Part shown: positions 52,201 to 61,200 of the stretch, one piece after another
Layout of the letters: the number at the start of each line of letters is the position of its first letter
Position numbering within the stretch: the stretch's first letter is position 1
From: Podarcis cretensis
Taxonomy: Eukaryota
Assembly: GCA_951804945.1 (NCBI GenBank)
Contig: OX638149.1
Span: forward strand, 77,872,001-77,936,000
Reading direction: 5' to 3'
Length of the DNA stretch: 64,000 nt
Made by a program: the position numbers and the translations under genes
The notes under the pieces: model-generated
Seen by the model: the letters and a program-made list of their open reading frames with translations, nothing else
What the model was told of the DNA's origin: nothing
Databases searched by the model: none

Positions 52201-55200
52201 TCCACCTTCTACTGAGCAAATGCCAGGACATGGGAGTTCTATGCAGTTCCATTGGCCCCCAATACAGGAACTTGAAGCAAAGGAAGAAAGAGAAGAAACA
52301 TACATTTTAAGGAAAGATATTGCACTGACATTAGCTTATATTATTTTCCATTATTAGTTCCATTCTTTGAAGTGTATGTGGAAACATTTGTAAAGTGTAG
52401 GAACCAGCACAGCTTTGTATTTAAAGAGTCAACATGTGGGAGCTTAAAAGCTATGGGTGGGACTAATCTAATGCGTCCCATCAGAGGAAGCTCCACACAA
52501 GTACTGCTTGTCCAATAGGACTTTCCTTCCTCTCTTCCTGCCACGCCCCCTGGTGCCCTCTGAACTTGGTTGGGAGGGTCAAGAGAACGCCTGGAACAGC
52601 ATGCGGGGGAAGTAGGGAGAGGACCAAAATGCTTGCCCTGATGGAATAATTGCCTTTCTCAAACTTGAGTCCCCAGATGTTGGACCACAACTCCCATTAC
52701 CTCTGGTCCTTGTAGCTAGGGATGATGGGAGTTGTAGTTCACCAAAGCTGCCTTAGCGCAATGCTGAATTCTTCCCTATGAAGGGCTCCACAGCTCAGTG
52801 GGAAGCACAAACTTTACATGCAAAAGGTTCCAGATTCAATTCCTGGAATTTCTAGTTAAAAGGGTCGTGTAACATGCAATGGGAAAGATCCCTGCCTGCC
52901 AGTCAGAGTAGATAACAATAGTCAAGATGAACAAATAGTGTAATCTGGCAGAAGGCAGTTTCCTAGGATCCTATTGTTACTGCAGAATTTTAGCTTAATG
53001 ATGTGAAAAGTCACTACTAAACCATCTCAGTGGTAATCCTGACCCATTGAGTTGTACAAAAGACTGGCTTCATTTGGTCATGCCCAAATAGCAGCTCAGT
53101 ATGTAGCAGAATGGGATGTGGGTGGTGCTGTGGTGTAAACCACTGAGCCTTTGGCTTGCCGATTGGAAGGTCGGTGGTTCGACTCCCCATGACAGGGTGA
53201 GCTCCTGATGCTCAGTCCCTGCTCCTGCCAACCTAGCAGTTCAAAAGCACATCAAAGTGCAAGTAGATAAATAGGTACTGCTGTGGCGGGAAGGTAAACG
53301 GCGTTTCCGTGCGCTGCTCTGATTTCACCAGAAGTGGCTTAGTCATGCTGGCCATATGACCCAGAAAAACTGTCTGTGGACAAACGTCGGCTCCCTCGGC
53401 CAGTAAAGCGAGATGAGCACCATAACCCCAGAGTCGTTCACAACTGGACTTAACTGTCAGGGGTCCTTTACCTTTTTTATGTAGCAGAATGGCTATCAGA
53501 GGCCTAATGGGCAGGGCTAATGTGACATGCATGGAAACATAAGCTGGAGTGTGGCCACTAGGCCAGGGGTTGGCAAGGTTTACTGGCCATGGGCGGAAAT
53601 TGCATCTGCGCATGTCCGCGGTGCTGGAAATCACTTCTGCCCATGCCCAGATGCCAGAAATCGTGCCTGCAGACACGATTTCTGGTATCTGCACGTACGC
53701 AGATGCGATTTCCGGCGCCACTCAGTGAGTCTCCACGCCACGCTGTGCTGGTTTAGTGCAGCGGGCAAAGGACTCGTTAAGCGGGTGGGGCGGCTCAGGG
53801 GCCTGTAGAATGGTCTTCGTGGGCCACACGTTGCCGACCCCTGCACTAGACAGAAGCCAAGGTAAGGAATCTATCACAAATACAGTTGAACTTTCATTGG
53901 GAATCATGTGCAGAAATAACTCATTCAAATAATTAGGCAGAGCTTTTAAAATGTTGAAATCATGGATCAAGCCTCGATTCCTACACAAAGTACTTGTTCA
54001 TCATATTAAAGGTTGTCAATTACCAAGAACGGCAGTTGTCTGAATAAGTTGTCCCTGGAGCATAGGATTTTCCATTGTAAACACAGGAACACTGCTCGTG
54101 GGGGATGCAGCCAGCATTGTCAATGTCATCATATACAGTTCCTAAAGGAAGAAATAACTTAAATATTATAATGGTTAAAAGATGTTAAATGATAGTTGGT
54201 TACATGCACAGCTTCCCTGACACAAATTATAATTGTACAATCTCTTTTCCTAAAAACAACATGCCTTTTCTGTAGATTTCCTTGCTTGCACGATGAATAC
54301 CATGAGGCGAGTGCACCATTAAGATCTGTGGCGCTCACTACTGAGCAAGTGTGTAAAGGGCTACAACAGCTGGATACAAAGGTGGAAACTTACCTGGTGG
54401 ACAGAAGCAACCATCCACACAGTGGTCCTCACACAGCTGAGATCTTTCAGAGTTGGAGCAAGTGTCTGTACAGGGTGATTCACATTCTTGATACTGCATG
54501 TTGGAAGAGCATTCCATTGCTGAAAAGAAGGATATTAATTATAACTCAGTTACCCTTTGATACATGCAGCACACTCAGCTAATACACAATTCCTTATAGT
54601 GATTCTGCCTTGAACAGAGACCTGCCTTCTGTGTGTTGCATTTAATGCTTTTCTGCTGCAACCCCAAATGGAATCTGCTTTCTTTTGTAGCCACATACCA
54701 CAACTGATGAATATTTTGACTGGGGTCTATTATAATTCCTATGATTTTTTTCATTATGCTAGAGCAGTAGTGGGGAACCACCAGCCCACCTGACTTCTGA
54801 ATCTGAGCTCCCCTGTGCCTGGTTTCATATGGTCTTAGGTGTGGGAAGCTTCAAGCTGTGGCTTTAATCGGATGCCTTTTGAATTTGGTGCCCTTTTCTG
54901 CTGCCCTGCAAGGTGACAGAAAAAAGTATCAAATGCAAAAGGTGCCAGAAGGAAGAATCAGAAGTAGACTTAAGAGTGTGGTCCTGATTCTTTAATTGAA
55001 GCCATTCTGCACTTTTGGAATTCAGGCCATAGCTGGAAATTCAGGCCCCGTTGACCTGTCAAAGTGGCCCTCTCAGAGGGTTAGCCACTGTTGGATCTGA
55101 CCCTCCAGCCAAAATGGAGTGGCCCTGCACATCATGTGACCAACCAGGCATGTATTGTGGCTTGCCATTTACTCAGTGGTATATGTGCCTCCACGTTTTT

Positions 55201-58200
55201 GTGGGCCCTGGTGGCCTAGCTGGTATTTACCATTTGGTTAATAGACATTAGTTACATTTTATTAATATCTCCTTCTGAACCCATCTGCCTGATGGACTTT
55301 CTCTCCTTTCATAGTTTATTGCTCAAGTGGTAAGACTGTGGGGAAAAGGTCCTCTCAAAAGCAGGAGCAATATAAGCTGGGGCATCTCTGATTACTTCAT
55401 TTCTCTATGCACTGCAGATCATACCTCCCAGACTCGCCATTGCCCAAAACAGCAGAGTTGATGAGCAGATGAACATCTAAACTTCTAATTTAGTTGCATT
55501 TATCATTTGATTGCTGAAAACAGTGTTCTGATACATTCAAATAACTCCTAGCTGTCACCATGTCCTCTAGTCTGCTTCTTTTCCAGTTTCTCTCAGCTAT
55601 GTATCACCTGCAAGTTAGAGGTATCTCTCTATCTCCCACCACCTGCTACTTATGCAAGTCATTCATAAGCAGGACAAACTCAATATAGGGAATCTATGAA
55701 ACACTTCAGCTTCTTACAGCCTGGTGCTCATCCACTAGTCAGGTGCTCATCCTGAGACCTGCGGGTATAGGGCAGTATACAAATTCAATTAATTAATTAA
55801 TTAATTAATACCTTTATAAGCATGCAACTTTGTGTGTACTCTACTTTGGGTTGTACCTTCTAATTTCCAGTTCACCAGAGTAATTGCTGAATATCATGTC
55901 AAGCTGTATCAAATGTCCAGCTGAAATAATTGACTAAGTGTGATTTACACTTACGGCACAGGTCTGGGCTTCTCCAGTTCTGAGGTTCCCCACCAGCATG
56001 AGCACATTGCCGGGAATATTCAGCAAAAGTGTCGCAGAGACAGGAGGTGATATCTTCTTGTTTACAGAGGCACAGGTCTTGTACACAAGACTCAATGTAG
56101 TCATTAACTCCCACCACAGCATTGCATTGAAAGAATGAAGAGCCAGTCAGTACATGCTGGCAAAGCTCCTAGATGGAAAAGCAAAAAGTTTTTATCAAAA
56201 AGGACTGTTTTTAATGGTGATTAACTGATCCTAGATCAGGGATGAGGAATCTGTGGCCTTCCAGATGTTGTCAGGCTCCAGCTCTCAATGTTTTTCATCA
56301 GTGGCCATTCTGGTTGGAGAGTCCAGCTACATGTGAAGAATGACAAGTTTACCCACTCCTGTCTTAGATGACAATGACATATTTAGTACACAGGGCACTT
56401 TGTAAAGTGCCATAAATACAAGGAAAAGAAATCAGGTTCTTGCAACAAGGAGCTTATAATGTTAATTTCAGGAGCTGAGGAAACAACAATATATTTTCTC
56501 TGCCATTACAATTCTTCCTTAAGATTTAAGCATCCTTTTGTAAATAAAACAAATGTAAAGTGTAAGAATAAGCAAAAAAAATCTTACAAATTCATCAGTG
56601 CAGTTGCTCAGAGAGACCGGCGTAGGATCCTCACATTCTTCTGTTGGCCCATTCATTTTCTGCATATTCCCAAACTGCAAAGTAGTTATTTCGGCCCCTG
56701 TAATGAAAAACAGCAACCCATGACTTCAAAAAGATTCATATGAGAAAGTATCTTACATTGAGGTTGTTGTTCCAGTTTGGCAAATGAGATGCTGAGAGGG
56801 ATTCCCCTACTCTTAGTAAAGCATTATAGCACAATGGGATGTGCAGTAAATACCTTGTGGAAAACCAGATGTTTCCCCCCGCTGGGACAACCCTTCAGAG
56901 CACCAGCTGGGAGAACTGTACAGATCACATGGCTCTCTGTCAGCCAGTGGGATAGAAAAGGGCCAGCATGGGCTGAAGCACACACCTGTTTCAATGGGGA
57001 ATAGCTATTGACTGTATGGAAACAGCACATGATTCTGAACCCTAGTTGCGTGGAAGTCGCTTCTCCATGGGTAGCTCCTGTGTGACCAAGGCAATGTTTA
57101 AGCAACCAACTATGTGAGTGAGGGTCCCAACTTCAGATTTGCTACCTTTCCAGGAGGACTGTCAATTCCACAGAGAGGTCATGTGTGTGCCCCCCCCCTC
57201 CAAACCCCAATGGCTGTTTACTGAGGCTGTTTGGGAGAAAATCAGCTCCCCTGTAGCAACAGTAACTTTCAAAGGGCCTTTTGACTATGTACAAGCTCCA
57301 GTACGTCTTCTCTATTGACGTAAAAATACCATTGGCCAACATTCCCCCTAAGAGCAATCTCAGTAGGTAAGTATGATTGCAGCAAAAACAAGCCAAGGAG
57401 AAACAAGAGTACTCATTTTTCAGAAGCTAAAGCAGCAATGCTGAACCATCTATCAAAACAAGCAAAATATCTACACCCCACCCAAACAAATTAAAACAGA
57501 CAGAAAAAGCAAGCAACTCTTCCGCTCAACAACAAAATGTCATCATGATTTTTTAATTAAAATGATAAAACACCGGGAAGAGCAAAGGGTCTTATGCATC
57601 GCAGCTTGTGTCTGAGGGCACTATGGTGGCCTTGGTTTAGAACCTCAGAAATAGAAATGTTTTTCCAATCACTAATTCATTTACTTAATGCTATCAATAT
57701 CATCCATATGCTGAAAATCTATCTTGATGAGCATGAAAAGTGAAATTCACCTAATATCTAAATATTCAGTGTGTGTTGTTGATTTTAAAAGTGAAGAATG
57801 ACAGATATCAGACAAATCCACCAGGTTTTTATCCTCGGGGCTTTTTCTTATGATGAGTGCTCACTAGAACAGACTACTGGCACCTCATTCCCCCTCCCCC
57901 TGCCAATGACAGCCATTTTGTGTTGTCATTTTAATCAATATGTATATTAATACCAGCACGTCTGTCCTCCCCGCCCCCCAAAGCACTGCTTATACCACTT
58001 AAAATGTTTTGAAATGGATGAAAAGCCAAACCTCTGAAGAGACTGTAGTTCCACAGCACTCAGTGAATCATGACATATAAATAGTTGATACCCAATTTCA
58101 ATAAGCAGTGTTTTTGATACTTACCATTTGAAAAGAACTCATTGTATTGTGGAATGCCATTAAAATCCCCACAAAGTCCACAGGTCTGATTGCCATATTT

Positions 58201-61200
58201 TTTATCAAGTTCCAGCTGAAATTATATAGGAGAAAGTTGATGAAAGTTAATATTACTCTCCATGATATAGATTGAAAATTCAAGACAGCAGCTGCACTGG
58301 AGACACCAAGATAACTTCCATCAATGTTGCAATTCAAATTTAGTGAATAGAAAATTGGGGTATCATTTTTGAGTCTCAGCCAGTCTGTGCTATTCATAAC
58401 AACCTAGTTTTCATTGTAATATTTACAGAATATATATAAAAGCAGCTGACTCTTCTCCACTTATGCTTTCTGTTCTTTGAATGGGATTCCCTGCTCTGCA
58501 ATCTATAGATAAGGTTAGGGCCTATAAAAGAGAAATTTTACTAGAAAATGAAAAATTGAAGCAACAGGTGGCACCTCCTGCAAAAATGTGAATATGCTAA
58601 ATGTGTAATCCAAACGTGTTTTCATCTCTTTGAAAATAGAGATAAAATGTCAAGTGGAAACATATCTTGGTTGATTTCTGCAGTTAGATACTGACTGCAA
58701 ATAAGATTTGTAAGGGAAGTAAGTAAGTAAGGTGATGCGGGTGGCACTGTGGTCTAAACCTCTGAGCCTAGGGCTTGCTGATCGGAAGGTTAGTGGTTCG
58801 AATCCCCGTGATGGGGTGAGCTCCCGTTGCTCGGTCCCAGCTCCTGCCAACCTAGCAGTTCGAAAGCACATCAAAGTGCAAGTAGATAAATAGGTATCGC
58901 TCCAGTGGAAAGGTAAATGGTGTTTCTGTGCGCTGCTCTGGTTTCACCAGAAGCGGCTTAGTCATGCTGGCCACATGACCCAGAAAAACTGTCTGTGGAC
59001 AAACGTCGGGTCTCTCAGCCAGTAAAGCAAGATGAGTGCCGCAACCCCAGAGTCATTCGCGACTGGACTTAACTGTCAGGGGTCCTTTACCTTTTACTAA
59101 GAGCTTATTATGAACAGAACAGGATGTTAGGTATGTATGTGTGTGAGAGAGGGTGGGGAGGGAGGCAGGCAGGCAGGCAGGCTGAATACCCCAAAGAGCC
59201 TTGTGCATATCAAAGCCCAATCTGTACTTAGAAGCAATTATTTGGGTGGTTTCTTTTCACCAGTTACTGAAAATCTGTGATGTTAACTTGCATGAGTCGA
59301 CATAAGAGCATATTGCAAAGACCCTATACAACAAACTGCCTTGTGGTATCATGATTTTATCTGTAATGTTGTTCAGGTGACATCATACATACAAAAAGTA
59401 AACTCAGCTGCTGGGTTATGATGATTATGATGAAGTCAGAACAAAGCTAGTGAAAAATACGAGGGAGATATCAGCATGCTTCATGGGAAATCCAAGTCTT
59501 GCAGAAGTAGAAAAATATTACGGGGGATCTAAAGGGGTGCTCCCTGCCCCCAAACAACCCTGTAAAGACTGAGCATGCTCAGTGGTGACAGAATTTTAGT
59601 TTCTGGTGCGGGTGGGGAAATAGAAAAGCAGCAGGAAGGGAGAGTGGAATTGGGTATTTGCGAAGGAAGGCATGGCTGGCTGGCAGGCTGGGATACTGAA
59701 CAGGAACATTCTACACTGCCACATTCTGCTGGGGTCACACTTGTCAATTCTATATATTATGTAGCACTTACCATTAGACTGTCCTTTTCATTCCACAGTA
59801 AGGTTAGGCCCAGCTTGACAATCACTCTCACATAGATGGTAAATTTCTCAATAACGAATCCTGATCCAGTGTAGGGCAGCTGAACCCTGATGAGAAAGCA
59901 TCAGAGATACTGGATATGCAATTCAAAGCAAAGTGACATGTGACTTTCTTTGAGGGTGTATAACTGCCAAATTGCCATCATGAGTGATTGAACTATCCCG
60001 TTACAGAACTGACTGCAGAATTACTCATGCCCAGCTAAGACAAATTAGAAGGGCATGTGGCTATGATGACCACAGCAACAAAGCCTACTGGAGGCCACAA
60101 GCAGCCTCCTCTGTGGTTGGGAATTTTGGGCTTTCAATAGTCTTTAATGGCTTCATTAATGTATTTCTCAGTGTGCTTCAGCATGGGTATTTCTGGGTGT
60201 TGGACCACAGATTGATACTGAACATGGTAGTCACTGCACACCACTGGCTGGACACTGACACCCAGATTAGAAGTGGCTACCATGGACCTTTCATGGTTAT
60301 TGGTTCTTAGATCATGGTAGGACTGAGCTCTATCTGCCTATTAAGGAGTCTATTTGAGGAAGTAGGCCTGCTCAGGACACAAGTCTGTGTTATTACCTTT
60401 CACCATTCACAACAATGGCATCTTTTTGCATTTCAAAATCCGTCCCATCCAACCGCATGGTGACAGAACTGATAGTGGGAATGTCTTTCACCATTGTGCG
60501 CCTGATCTGGATGTTGAAGTCCTCATAGGCAGCGTTGCAATGGGAGGCAAATACATAGTTGCAGGTCCCAGGGAAATAATAGATGTCCCCATCAAACGTC
60601 TTGTAGTGGAATTGGCCCCACGTGCTGCAGACTTGCCCATTATGAGCTGAGTTGAAGGCTGCAAATTCACAAAAGGTTGTAAAGGTATACTGCACACTTT
60701 TTGCTGACAACATCTTCATTTCTTCATTTTCTATGCCAGCTTACATAGTGACATTACTAGCTTATCACCCATTACAAACAGGCTTTTGTTCCTTGCCTGC
60801 ATTTGCCCTGGGTAGACACTGTTACTTCTTTTGCCACTTTATGTGCTCAGCTCAGAAGTAAGTTGATGCTGATTCCAGCTTTCCCTTAGGCTGAAGTGGA
60901 GAAGCTGTGGCCCTCCAGATGTTGTTGGACTCAAACTCTCATCACTCCTAGCCTGCACATCCTGTGGTCGGAGATGATGGGACTTGGGAGTTCAGCAACA
61001 TGTGGTGCGTCACAGGTTCCCCAACCAGGCTGAGTAGGGGATCAGAGGAGGACACATAATCCTTCAAGTTATTCTGTTGATCAACATAAACTAGAGTTAT
61101 GGCAGGATTTATTACTAAAGTGCAACAGAGCACGCTCAACAGAAGCAGGAAAAGCCCTGTGCCCTTTTGTTACCCACAACTGGAATCAGATTTCACTGCA

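Noticed and set aside
53113-53190. tRNA gene
   Set aside because: This is the tRNA-like head of a SINE, continuous with the SINE body and tail; the same applies to 58731.
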